A stretch of DNA of 64,000 nt from contig CM069131.1 of assembly GCA_035221665.1 (NCBI GenBank), forward strand, positions 27,342,001-27,406,000. Reading direction: 5' to 3'. The notes beneath the pieces were generated by a model. The model was not told the origin of the DNA. It saw only the letters and a list, made by a program, of their open reading frames with translations, and did not search any database. Below are positions 12,766 to 23,992 of the stretch, piece by piece. Origin of the DNA: Okamejei kenojei (taxonomy: Eukaryota). The position numbers were made by a program, and so were the translations under genes. How positions within the stretch are numbered: position 1 is the stretch's first letter; every line of letters starts with the position of its first letter.

Positions 12766-13493
12766 AAATCCTGTTTTCACGGCACATCTCCCTCCTATCT
12801 GTTCTATTCTCCTCAAATGAGGTGATGCCACATTGATAGTCCTGGTCTGACCCATTTTATCCATTTTTGTCCAGTTCCCACTGGTCTATTTGGTGTTCCA
12901 CCTCTCACTGCACCAATTGTGAAGCATCTCAGTTGTGGGTTGTGAGCCAGTCAGGTACAGTGAAGCATGAGATTCATTTATCCTGACTGTTAAAGACTTC
13001 ACATCTCAAAGCAGGTTAGCTGGTAAAAAGAGAGGAATGTTGGGCAGATGGAATCGGCGGTAATTAGATGAGATAAGGGACCCAGTCGATATAGTGCGTG
13101 GGTGGTAGGCAGATGGAGCCAGAGGGGGAGGGTAGAACTTGCGTGGATCAGAAGGAGAAAGGGGTACTAGGAATGCAGGTTAACTATATTTAATAATGTG
13201 ATGGAAAGTGAGATTCTTTCAAATTCATTCACACTTTAAACAATTCAGGAAATGTCTTGCTCTTCAAGGATTTAAGAAGTTAAGACTGCATTTAACGTAC
13301 AATCAAACTATAAAGAAATATTTAAACATTAACATTATTTAAACATAAACATAACTTCAAAACAAAAGAATGCTGTGCAAAAGCAAACATTTAAACATCC
13401 TTGCATCATTCAAAACTCCAATAACCTCCAAGATTTCTCGCATTCCAAACTTTGATTTATGGTAGGACTTGGATTATATGTTTTGCTTGTCAT

Positions 13494-13535
13494 TCAACAC
13501 TGAGCAATATGTCCTTGTTGTCGACATTTATAGCA
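13494..13535 (-). pseudogene. CCHC zinc-knuckle remnant (retroelement gag or ORF1)
   Basis: Reads C-YK-C-RQQG-H-IAQC-*. The spacing is exactly CX2CX4HX4C, with the last Cys codon changed to TGA. Confidence 0.55.
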
Positions 13536-14056
13536 CGTCCTTCTTGTGGCACAGGAGCATGTCTTTTCGCATAGGGTGGTAGTGGTCGCCACATTGGACC
13601 CCTACCTTGTAGATCATTGATCCAAGCGACTGGGTAGGTTTCCTGGGTCAAAAGCATGAACTCGCACTCATCCTTTACCTCTCTTACACAGGCCCTTTTC
13701 TAAAAGAACATGGGACATAAAACTGAACAGCACTAGGATAGACACTGAGGCAAATATTCTTCTTCAACAGACCTTTGGAAATTAAAGAGGTTAAGAAATA
13801 TGGAATTAGTCAGAAAGAATTTGTTTGAGAACAATGATCTTGCTAAATTGCAAATCAAAACCATGGGCCTGAATGGCATTCTCCAGCTTGTGTTCTAATG
13901 TCCTCAAAGACAATTGGAGATGAGCAATAAATGCTGTGCTTACCAGTGACATCCAAATCTCATAAAAGGAACAAAAAAGAAACATCTCCTGTTTAAGAAG
14001 GAATGCAGATGCTGGAAAATCGAAGGTAGACAAACGTGCTGAGAAACTCAGCGGGT

Positions 14057-14367
14057 ACACCAAATAGACCAGTGGGAACTGGACAAAAATGGACAAAATG
14101 GGTCAGACAAGGACTATCAATGTGGCATCACCTTATTTGAGGAGAATAGAACAGATAGGAGGGAGATGTGTCGTGAAAACAGGATTTACAATGCAATAAT
14201 ACTTTATTAGCCAAGTATGTTTAGCAACATATGAGGAATTTTATTTGCCAAGTCAGTCACAAATAAAAAGCAACAGAACACACAAAATACATTTTAACAT
14301 AAATATTCACCACAGTGACGCCTCCACATTCCTCACTGTAATGGAAGCAAAAAAAGTTAAATCTCTA
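14057..14367 (-). repeat. Inverted duplication of 12584-12896
   Basis: Continuous reverse-complement match over ~311 bp, including sequence beyond the element tail. Confidence 0.9.
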
Positions 14368-14386
14368 TGGAGCGAAGGAAATAGGC

Positions 14387-14414
14387 AACGTTTCGGGCCG
14401 AAACCCTTCTTCAG
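14387..14414 (-). ncRNA. Minimal hammerhead core in a Penelope pLTR fragment (13998-14056 plus 14368-14415)
   Basis: CUGAAGA A GGGUUUCGGCCC GAAA CGUU. Confidence 0.6.
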
Positions 14415-14544
14415 AACATCTCCTATTTGGTATAGCTTGCAATTCCAAATACACCCAGAAGGTGGCAGAAAGACTCCATGATAACATTAACATTTCTGTA
14501 TTGTAAAACCTCTATCTGCTGATTTGCCTAATTCCAAAACTTTG

Positions 14545-16145
14545 GTTCATAAGTAATTGGAGCAGAATTAGGCCATTCGACCCATCAAGTCTACTCTGCC
14601 ATTCAATCAATGCTGATCTATCTCTCCCTCCTAATCCTGTTCTCGTGCCTTCTCCCCATAACCCTGACACCCGTACTAATCAAGAATCTATCTCTGCATT
14701 AAATATCGATTGATTTGGCATCCACAGCCTTCTCTGGCAAAGAATTCCACAGATTCACCACCCACTGACTAAATAATTCCTTCTCATCTCTTTTGTAAAG
14801 GTGTGTCCTTTTATTTTGAGGGTATGCCTTCTGGTCCTGGACTCTCAGACCATTGGAAACATCCTTTCCATGTCCACTCCATCCAGGCCTTTCACTATTC
14901 GGTAAATTTCAACGAGTGCAAGTTTAATTCAATCATCTCCAGGATCTTTCTCGTAAACCTCCTCTGGACCCTCTCCAGCACCAGCTCATCCTTCCTCAGA
15001 TACGGGACGTAGATAAACTGCTCACAATTCCCCAAATGAGGTCTGACCCGTCCCTTATAAAGCTTCAGAATTACCTCCCTGTTTTTTTTTTTTATGTTCT
15101 AATCCTTTCGAAATAAATGCAAACATTCCATTTGCCTGCCTTACTACCAATTCAACTAGCAAATCAACATTTTGGGAACCCTGCACCAGTACTACCAAGT
15201 CCCTTTGCACCTCTGTTTTCTGAATCCTCTCCCCAATTAGAAAATAGCATACACCTGTATTCCTCTGCCAAAACGCATGACTGCTCTTTGCTTGGCTGTA
15301 TTCCATCTGCCACTTCTTTGCCCACTTCTACCCAACCTATCTAAGTCCTTCTGTAGAGTCCCTGCGCTACCCTGCACCTATCTTTTTATAGTCCGCAAAC
15401 TTGGCCACAAATTGCCTCGTCCAAAGTGATCTCCCCTTAAGAAAACCAGACTGACTTTGGCCAATTTTATCATGTGCTTCTAAGTACTCAGAAACCTCAC
15501 CCTTTATAATGGACTGTAAAATCTTACTAACCAGGCCCTGGCCTATGGTGTCTCTTCCTGCTTCTCTCTCTTCTTGACCAACAGAGTGATATTTGCAATT
15601 TCCCAATCCTCTGGAACCACTCTTCATTCAAGTGATTTTTGAATGTTCACCACTGATGCCTCCACAATTTCAAAAGCTACCTCTTTCAGAAATCTGGAGT
15701 GTAGCCACCTGATTGAGGTGACCTATCAACCTTCAGACCTTTCAACTTCCCAAGCTCCTTCTCATTAGTAATAGCTGCTCCAGTAACTTTTGCCCCTGAC
15801 TCTTGAATTTTGGGCACATTGCTGATGTCTTCCACCAGCCATAAAGACTGACACAAAAAAACGTATTACATTCTTCTGCCATTTCTTTATTCTCCATTAT
15901 CACTTCTCCAGTGTCATTTTCCAGCAGTCCTATGTGCACTCTTGCCTCTCTTACTCTATATATCTGAAGAAACGCTTTCTATCCTCATATTATTGGCTAG
16001 CTTATCTTCATTTTTCTCCCCGTATTGCCTTTTTGGCTGCCTTCTGTTGGTTTTTAAAAGCTTCCCAAACCTCTAGTTTCCCACTAATCTTTGCAATATT
16101 ATATGCCTTCTCTTTTAGTTTTATGCTGTCTTTGACTTCCAATTA
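14545..16145 (-). mobile_element. CR1 LINE ORF2 fragment with internal deletions
   Basis: ENKEMAEE, KIGQSQSGFLKGRS, KFADYKKIG and VQRDLVVLV motifs plus a CR1 tail. Confidence 0.85.
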
Positions 16146-16312
16146 TCCTATTTGAATATATTAAAATATTTAGATTTCTTGGTTAGAAAGTCCCAAGAAT
16201 GTAGACATTTCTTGTCGCCTCAGTCCCTTATTTTCAGACTTTAGTTCCTGAGTCTAAAAACCGCAGGTGGAAGAAAGAACATCCTTGTATCTACCTTGCC
16301 ATGGGTACTCAA

Positions 16313-16710
16313 AAGGCTGGAGAAACTCAACGGGTGCAGCAGCATCTAAGGAGCGAAGGAGATAGGCGACGTTTCGGGTCGAGACCCTTCTTCAGACTGG
16401 TCAGGGATCAGGGAAACGAGAGATATAGACGATGATGTGGAGAGAAAAAGAACAATGAATGAAAGATATGCAAAAAAGTATCGATGATAAAGGGAACAAG
16501 CCATTGTAAGCTGTTTGTAGTGTGAAAATGAGAAGCTAGTGCGACTAGGGTGGGAGAGAGAGAGAGGAAATGCCAGGGCCCGAGGGCTGAGGGAGAGGTG
16601 GGAAGGGGAGGAGACAGCAAGGGTTAACAGAATTGAGAAAATTCAATGTTCAAGCCCAGAGGATGCAGACTCCCCAAGCGGAATATGAGGTGCTGCTCCT
16701 CCATCTACCT
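16313..16710 (-). mobile_element. Penelope-like 3' fragment (endonuclease C-terminus plus pLTR)
   Basis: Minus strand encodes EEQHLIFRLGSLHPLGLNIEFS, followed by a pLTR with an intact hammerhead core. Confidence 0.8.
16368..16395 (-). ncRNA. Minimal type I hammerhead ribozyme core (short palindromic stem III)
   Basis: CUGAAGA A GGGUC-UC-GACCC GAAA CGUC; the ACGU palindrome is typical of dimer-cleaving PLE hammerheads. Stem I is only ~2 bp. Confidence 0.65.
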
Positions 16711-16742
16711 TGCCATGTTAGTCTTGTGCACAAATGGTAGCA

Positions 16743-17284
16743 CCTGACTACGGGTGGCTTGTCTGTACAGAATTTATACTTTCTCCCCGTGGCAGTGTGG
16801 GTTTTCTCCGAGATTTTCGATTTCCTCCCACACTTCAAAGACGTACAGGCTTGTAGGCTAATTGGCGTGGTACGTGTAAATTGCCCCTCGTGTGTGTGTA
16901 GGATAGTGTTAATGTGCAGGGATCACTGGTCGCTGTGGACTCGGTGGGCCGAAGGGCCTGTTTCTATTCGAAGGGCCTATTTAAGGATAATGGGGAAGTC
17001 TTTTAGGACCGAGATGAGAAAATCTTTTTTCACACAGAGTGGTGAATCTGTGGAATTCTCTGCCACAGAAGGTAGTTGAGGCCAGTTCATTGGCTATATT
17101 TAAGAGGGAGTTAAATGTGGCTAAAGGGATCAGGGGGTATGGAGAGAAAGCAGGTACAGGATACTGAGTTGGATGGTCAGCCGTGATCATATTGAATGGC
17201 GGTGCAAGCTCTAAGGGCTGAATGGCCTACTCCTGCACCTATTTTCTATGTTTCTATGTTTCTGCTCTGTATCTCTAAACTAAA
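16743..17284 (+). mobile_element. 5'-truncated HE1/V-SINE with a CR1 3' fragment (~16981-17258) inserted in its tail
   Basis: SINE body runs to gggccgaagggcctgtttct; then CR1 FRTEMRKSFFTQ with a (tatgtttc)n tail; the SINE tail ctgtatctctaaactaaa resumes afterwards. Confidence 0.8.
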
Positions 17285-17649
17285 TTACAGTAAAACTCTG
17301 AAAATCGTCAGTCCAAATATTTGGAAACTGCAATGGTTCAGCGGAATTGTTGCTATTTTCTGAGCTTTTAAATTGAATTTACGCATAGGTATCCATGCTC
17401 TCATTAAATTCTCTGGCACCCCACTACTCCGTTAAATACACTGGGGCACTGATTCCCAAAATCCATTGAAACTCCTACACGGTCTTGCTTCCCACAATCA
17501 TTTTATACTCGCTGACTTTTGTTTCCTTTGTTTTCTTCAAACTCTGCTGGTTAACTGGAAATAAATTGTGCTGATTAACCTCTGAAAACAGCAAATTAAC
17601 AATGATTTGGTGTATTTATATGAGTAACATTCAGTTGTCCAGAAAATGT

Positions 17650-18400
17650 CTTAGTCTGGCATTGCCACAATCCAAGAGAGTTTTTCAAAATTGTGGCCTT
17701 CTGCAATCAAAGGTTTTATTCTCCAATGCACACAATGGAGTTGACGATTGATCTGCAGATTTAGAATGTTTTCAGTAGCATTATTTATAGTGGTTTCCTC
17801 CATCAGTAGGGAGATTCTGCTCTGAAGAAGAGACAATTTGGAGATGGGATGAAAGACCAGTGTTCCAAATACCTCTTTGTTTATCAAGAAATGTGGGTGC
17901 CTTTGGTTGTATTGGAGTACAATAGCATTTTGTTTCACGTGGGTTTTGTACTGTGGGAAATACTGAAACCAACCATGCTCATTAACTTTTTAATATCCTT
18001 TCAGTCAGATGAGCCAGTGTTAAACATTCCAAAATACTTGATCACACTTGCCCAATGTATTTCTCAAATTTAAAATATATGATTTAAATGACAACATTGT
18101 AGATCTTATCACAGATTTCATCTTGTGGAGCACACAATTGCTAGTGATCTACAATCTAAGTTTCGGGAAACTTTTAAGCAACTTTGCCAGTGGTACGTTT
18201 AGTATATGGCTAACAAAAGCACTCGGACTACTGTCATTTTCAGCAGTTTCATCCAGTGGTCTGTCGGCATACATGACAAGCAATGTCAGTCTTTGAAAGA
18301 TTTTTTTCATGGACATTTTTCTATTTAAACAACAGTCGCCCATGAGCATCAGCAAACTGAAGACTTTCTTGCCTTTGCAAATGGGTTATCGTGGATTAGT
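17650..18400 (-). mobile_element. hAT (Charlie-like) transposase fossil
   Basis: Ordered remnants across frames (FAKARK, LSKTDIACHV, PLDETAEND, HCVHWR) resemble IAKAKKP, LSxxTV, LDESTD and the CxxH motif. Confidence 0.45.
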
Positions 18401-18640
18401 GTATTATTCTGAAAGTACAGAATTTGATTCCATACTGCGTTGATAACAAACTTGCACGATTAAGATCGCCAAACTAAATTGTATTACTGCAATTATTTGA
18501 GTTGGAACCTTCAGAGGTGGTAAATGAACAAGTAAACCTTTAAAATAAGTCGTGCTTCTTATTTATGTGATAAGATCACAGGAGTTCTACTTTTTGCAGA
18601 AATATCGAATGGTTATAGTACACATAGTCATTTGACACCC

Positions 18641-19175
18641 CGGGCAGAGATGCTACACTTGTCGCTTTACCTTCCCCCTCAACTCCATTCAAGGACTCAA
18701 GCAGTCGTTCCAGGTGCGACAGAGGTTCATCTGCATCTCCTCCAACCTCATCTATTGCATCCGCTGCTCTAGATGTCAGCTGATCTACATCGGTGAGACC
18801 AAACGTAGGCTTGGGGATCGTTTCGCCGAACACCTCCGCTCGGTCCGCATTAGCCAACCTGATCTCCCGGTGGTCCAGCACTTCAACTCCCCCTCCCATT
18901 CAGAATCCGACCCCTCTGTCCTGGGCCACCTCCATGGCCAGAGTGAGCACCACCGGAAATTGGAGGAGCAGCCTGCACCCTAGCGGCATAAACATTGAAT
19001 TCTCCAATTTCCGGTAGCCCTTGCTGTCTCCTCCCCTTCACAGCTTGCCCTCAGCCCTCGGGTTCCTCTTCTTCCCCCCCACTGTGCATCAGTCTGAAGA
19101 AGGGTTTTGGCCCGAAACATTGCCTATTTCCTTCGCTCCATAGATGCTGCTGCACCCGCTGAGTTTCTCTACCTT
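18641..19175 (+). mobile_element. Penelope-like (Neptune-type) retroelement 3' fragment: GIY-YIG endonuclease plus pseudo-LTR with a hammerhead-like core (19094-19121)
   Basis: QRCYTC...FICISSNLIYCIRCSRCQLIYIGETKRRLGDRFAEH...LEEQ, then a pyrimidine tract and CTGAAGA-AGGG...CCC-GAAACATT. Confidence 0.9.
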
Positions 19176-21051
19176 AGTTATATATTTATTCCCTTCAAGA
19201 CTCTGAAAGTTTATATTTTGAAGAATATTGCCAGCTTCTGGTAATTTTAATCACATTTGGATGATATTACTAACATGGAAGGGGAAATTGGATTTATATG
19301 AAACATTTCATAAACATGTCTCAAAATGCACCTAAAAATTACTTAATTGGGCTTTAGTCTGTGGACTTTGTAGGTGTTTTGTAACTTTATATTATTCTTA
19401 ATCTCAGTTAATATCTCCCTCAATATTTCTCTTCTCATTTTTGTACCATCCAATGCACAAACATGGCTTGTTAATGTTTTGTATTTATTCGTTTTGCTTC
19501 AGATGCTCTTCCTTGTCACCTTGGCATCTCTAAATGTTTTTCTTTCTCATCACTTTTGCGTACAGTTTAGAATATTAGATGATATTCATTTCTGCCAGTT
19601 TAGAAAATTACAAATTGGAAGAAGTTGCGTTCGGTCGTTCATTTCAGAGGTGCCTTGATTATTATACCGAGTTCTGGACATTGATCCTGGAGGAAACTCA
19701 AAGAGAGCACGCGAGGGTGATCCCTATACCCGGAAAGGGCAGTCTGGGCAAGAGTGTAGCTGAAACTGTTTCCACAGCCTGCCATGTTATTCAGTGACAT
19801 CGTGGAAAACCTGATCTTGCAAATACATTGTTTATCAGAGAGTATTTTTGTAAAATGTAGTGTCAGAAAACTCTAGGAGTAGCCTCTTCACTGATAAGTA
19901 TGTCTCCTTACGCTAAGCGATGCACTCCAAGTTGCCAGCTATGGCGTAATGATGGAGTTCTGTCACTGCTGGGACACCCATTGAATGAATGTCACAAAAG
20001 CTGCAAGCAGTATTGTGGTTGTGGTGGACTCTGGATGTAGGAAAGTGTTTCAGCAATCTAATTGTTTCTGAAGGTGTATGATTAAACCGGCACAGAGTGT
20101 CCTTTTAAATTACAAACTAAGCAACAAATTAACACATTGTGCTAGTAATTCCACTAACACTATTTCGCGGCAGTTTTGGTGTGGTGTTTCCTCCTTCAAT
20201 ATCTGTTGGTATGGGCAAAATTGAATGTTAAGCAAATGATGATGTCATTTGGTGAAAGCCTGAGGTTGAATACGTGCCAAGTCAAATTTAATATCGGGTG
20301 CAATTTCAATCGGAAATTATCTCCAACAGGACACACTTCAGATAAAATTGAAATTGAACTTTGTATTGCTGAAACAATAGGTGCTATCTAGACTTTTGTA
20401 CATACAGATGGCTCTAAAGTAAATACTAGTTAGGAAGAATTAAAAAATATTATTTTGCTCAGTAGTACATCCAATTTAGTAATATTTTGTAGTGATTTGT
20501 CCCAATCACGTTCTACCTTTTGTGACTGAAATGGTTTGCATTCCTGTTTCAATCTTTTATTTAAGTATTACAGTAGCTTCAAATAAAAATAGCAAATGCT
20601 GTAAACTCTCAGCAGATTGGGTGACCACTGCAGAGAGAAATGAAGGTAATGTTTCAAGTCAATTACCTTTCACTTGTTGTGAACCAAGTATTTAACATTT
20701 CCACAGCTCGTGGCACTTTTCTGGATTTTCACTTAATAGCACACACAAAAATGCAAGCATTCACGCATCAGTTTGTGTTTTAATTCTTCCCATTGTATTG
20801 TAAAAATCCAACAGTACTGCACACAAATTATATAAAAATTTGAGAAATTAGTGCAAAAGAGGAAAGCAGGACGCAGGATAGTCCGGGGCTTCGAATTGTA
20901 TGATATGTGTTCTGAATATTACCAAAGTTCAGAAATTCTCGTATAACTTCCCTCTTAACGCTATCATTTGTTTGTTGGAATATCTGTTTCCCTTTCCCTA
21001 AACGGTATCTTAGCTACCTGCCTAGTTAACATTTAGATTTGGGAGAACTAA

Positions 21052-21371
21052 TGGCCCTGTCCCATGATGCGAGTTCATTCAAGAGCTCTCCCGAGTTTAA
21101 AAAAAAATCAAACTCGTGGTAAGCACAGAGAATGAACGTAGCGGGTACGTAGGAGCTCGGGGACGTCTCTTAGCGGCTCGTAACGCTAACGGCAGGTACT
21201 CGGGAAGACTCGCTAACGGCAGGTAAGCGCGGGAAGATTTTTCAACATGTTGAAAAATGTCCACGAGAGCCCCGAGTACCAACGAGCGGCCATTACCGTA
21301 AATCTCCGAGTTCGAATCAGGGCAAACTCGGGAGAAATCTTTGAGTGAATTCGTACAGCGGGACAGGGCTT
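21052..21371. mobile_element. PIF/Harbinger-type MITE
   Basis: ~45-bp imperfect TIRs starting GCCCTGTCCC, TAA/TTA-like flanks, internal tandem CGCTAACGGCAGGTA, CpG-rich. Confidence 0.75.
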
Positions 21372-23503
21372 TAACAAATGACTTGGGACATTATGTTCGA
21401 TCAGTTGCTCAAATAAAAAAAAAATTATAAACTTGATGAGCCATGCAGCAACTATATAATTGTTCAATTATGTTTGTCACTACATTTAATTCTCCGGCGT
21501 TGTTACATGTGTGTGTTTGTTCATTTTGTTTTAGTTGCATCCTGTTATCTGGACTCTTTGTTTTGATTAAAACAAAGAATTAAATTCTACGGGTCTCTTA
21601 CTGACGATCACAGTGATAATATTTGTGGGACTTGAAATAAAGATGAGAGGAAATCCTATTTTAATCCTGAGTGATGAAAAATTAGATTTGTTCTCTGTTA
21701 TCACTCTATTCATGAGTTAAAAGCACCTGCATGCGATAGATTTGGGTCATTGAGTTGCCTTGAAACACAAGGCAATGTAGGAAGGGCGTGGTTCAAAATG
21801 AAAATCTTTTGTTCAAAAGAATGGATATATTAAACTGTCTTTATTTTGTAAAGTTAAAATTGATTTTTTTAATTCATAAATTACAGAGAGGAATAATATT
21901 ATTGACAGTCCTGAGTAAATATTATATTGTGTGGCTTGAGCATCATTTAGAATTATCCCAGGCCTTTGTTACTTATTCGATTAAACTTGGCCTGCAAGCA
22001 ATAATAGTTCAAGCTCTTGGCTTTTCACTCTTTTTTTAAAGATCTTTTCAGCCATGTACGGCATGGCAATGAAAAGAAGGTTATGGTGTATTAATCATAT
22101 AGCCAAAGTGTAAAGAAGTAGTTAACAATTCGAGGTACATTTATGAATAGCCCCAAAAGGTGAATGCTGGTCTAACAAATAATTTGCTTTTACATGCCTT
22201 TCTGCCCTGTTCTTCTGTTTACTTCATGACTAGTATGTTATCAACTTTGGAGCATGTGGAAAGCTGAATGGGAGAAACGGTGTTGTTTATGCTAATAATT
22301 TTTGAAAAATGGAGTCCCCTTCTTTCTTCAACCTAATTCTAAGTTAATGCCATAATGTTGCATTAATAGCACAGATTCTAATTTCCAACATATGCAAAAA
22401 TACATTGTGGGTCTACATAACTGTCTTGGCAAATATGTTTTAAAAAGATATCAATGGTAAAGTGTAAGTTGAGCCGCAGAAGTCGAAAGGAGGAGAAATG
22501 ATCAATAAAAGCAGACAATGAAGAGTTTTTAAGGATTTTAAGGTGGAGAAAAAGAGGTGGGGAAAAGCTTAGGAAGGGAAGGCAAACAAAGTTTGCTAGG
22601 TGATGGGGAAGGACAGATAGAACGTGATAAAAGCAGCTGCTTTTCTTACCGACCAGATTTAAGCTTGGAGTTGAATTTTTAAAGCAAATAAAGTCATTGA
22701 TAGGCACAGAGAGAGAAAAGGTAATGGAGATGCAAGGTTGCGAGAAAGTAGGTGGTTTAAAAGGGAAGGACAGGTTTGATGAGTGTGCACCGCCATTTTG
22801 CATGATGGAGTGTATTCATAATTTTATTTGGGAACATGGCCACTGCTGGCGAGGCCACAGATACTATAAAGTATCTGCCCGTTACCTCTTTCTGAAAACG
22901 GACTAAATAGGAGCAGGAGGAGGTCACTGGCCCATCACGAAAGCCCTGCCATTCAACACGATCGTAGCTGATCAGTCCTAGGCATATTTGCGGCTTCTGT
23001 GCTAGTTCCCCGTGACCCTCAGTTTTTTGGCCTTTCAAAATGCATTTATCTTTATAAATGCCCCCGTGATCTAGCCTCCACAATCTCGTGGAGTAGAAAA
23101 TTCCAAAGATTCGCTATCCTCTGTGCAACCTTGTAACTATGCCTTTTAGTTTGAGATTCTCCCACGAATGGAAACATCTCCGCAGCTGCCCTGTCTCTGA
23201 CCCATGGGATTTAAAATGTTTTGGTAAGATCACCCCATTGAGCATAAAGAGTTAAATGTAGCTGTTGGATACTGTTGATTAATGTGAACAGCATTGGTTG
23301 AAACCAATTATGGTCACTCTTCTGACTTGTAAACATTAGATTCTGCATGTTGTGGGTTTTATTTCACTTGCATTGCCAGTAGCCATTTTTGTGTGAAATC
23401 TCTACTTGCCAGGTAAACATTCACGAGCACAAAATAAAATAATGCCAGCATGGTCTAAATTTACAAAACTTTAATCCGTCTATTGTTTTTAAAGGAACGT
23501 GTA

Positions 23504-23563
23504 ATGGCAGAGGCACAGGCTAGAGATTCTGCAGCTGAAATTCCTGTCACCAGCAATGGAGAA
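23504..23563 (+). CDS. ARFIP1: Arfaptin-1, first conserved coding exon (MAEAQARDSAAEIPVTSNGE); exon starts at 23495 with 9 nt before the ATG
   Basis: Acceptor tattgtttttaaag at 23494, ATG at 23504, phase-0 donor GAA|gtaagt at 23564. The peptide matches the human ARFIP1 N-terminus as recalled (MAQESPKNSAAEIPVTSNGE). Confidence 0.92.
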
Positions 23564-23891
23564 GTAAGTGATTCACAATAGGAATGTTTTAAGTGGGTAT
23601 GAATGCATTTTTTGTATTTATTATTTGTATTTATTATGCATTGCATAACACCAACTGCACCCTTACTTGGCCACTGATAATATTATGTCCTGTACCAGAT
23701 CCAAATTCTGACATTCATCCATGTTAACAGGCTGTTCCCCACTTTTTTTGTCCCCATTATTTGTCGAGTAGACTTAGTCTGCAATTCTTTTGCAACCTTT
23801 CCTCTCTTTAAATACAGATTTCAGTCTGATTTTGGTTATATTTGAATTGGTCCATATGTACAGCTATTCAATTAATTGGTTTTGGGCATTT

Positions 23892-23992
23892 GAGTCTGAA
23901 GAAGGGTGTCAACCCAAAACGTCAACCATTTCTTTTATCCAGAGATACTGCCTGTCCCGATGAGTTACTCCAACATTTTGTGTCGACCTTTG
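23892..23992 (+). repeat. Penelope pLTR-derived repeat (core 23896-23923, GAAA mutated to AAAA)
   Basis: gtctgaagaagggtgtcaacccaaaacgtc...gagttactcc. Confidence 0.75.

Noticed and set aside
12900-12925. Minus-strand CA-AT-TGGTGCAGTGAGAGG resembling an LTR end plus PBS
   Set aside because: Poor match to a specific tRNA 3' end, no LTR identified, and the order relative to the zinc knuckle is wrong.
19579-19797. 72-aa ORF with exon-like composition
   Set aside because: No recognisable homology and no convincing splice pair in frame with ARFIP1.
1-23494. TIGD4 or an ARFIP1 CpG-island promoter, expected from human synteny
   Set aside because: No long pogo-like ORF is present, and the CpG-rich patches are transposon-derived; the promoter probably lies upstream of the window.
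23579-23581. Stop-codon readthrough or recoding at the in-frame TAG
   Set aside because: A consensus upstream donor (gtaagt) removes the codon, and no readthrough context is visible.
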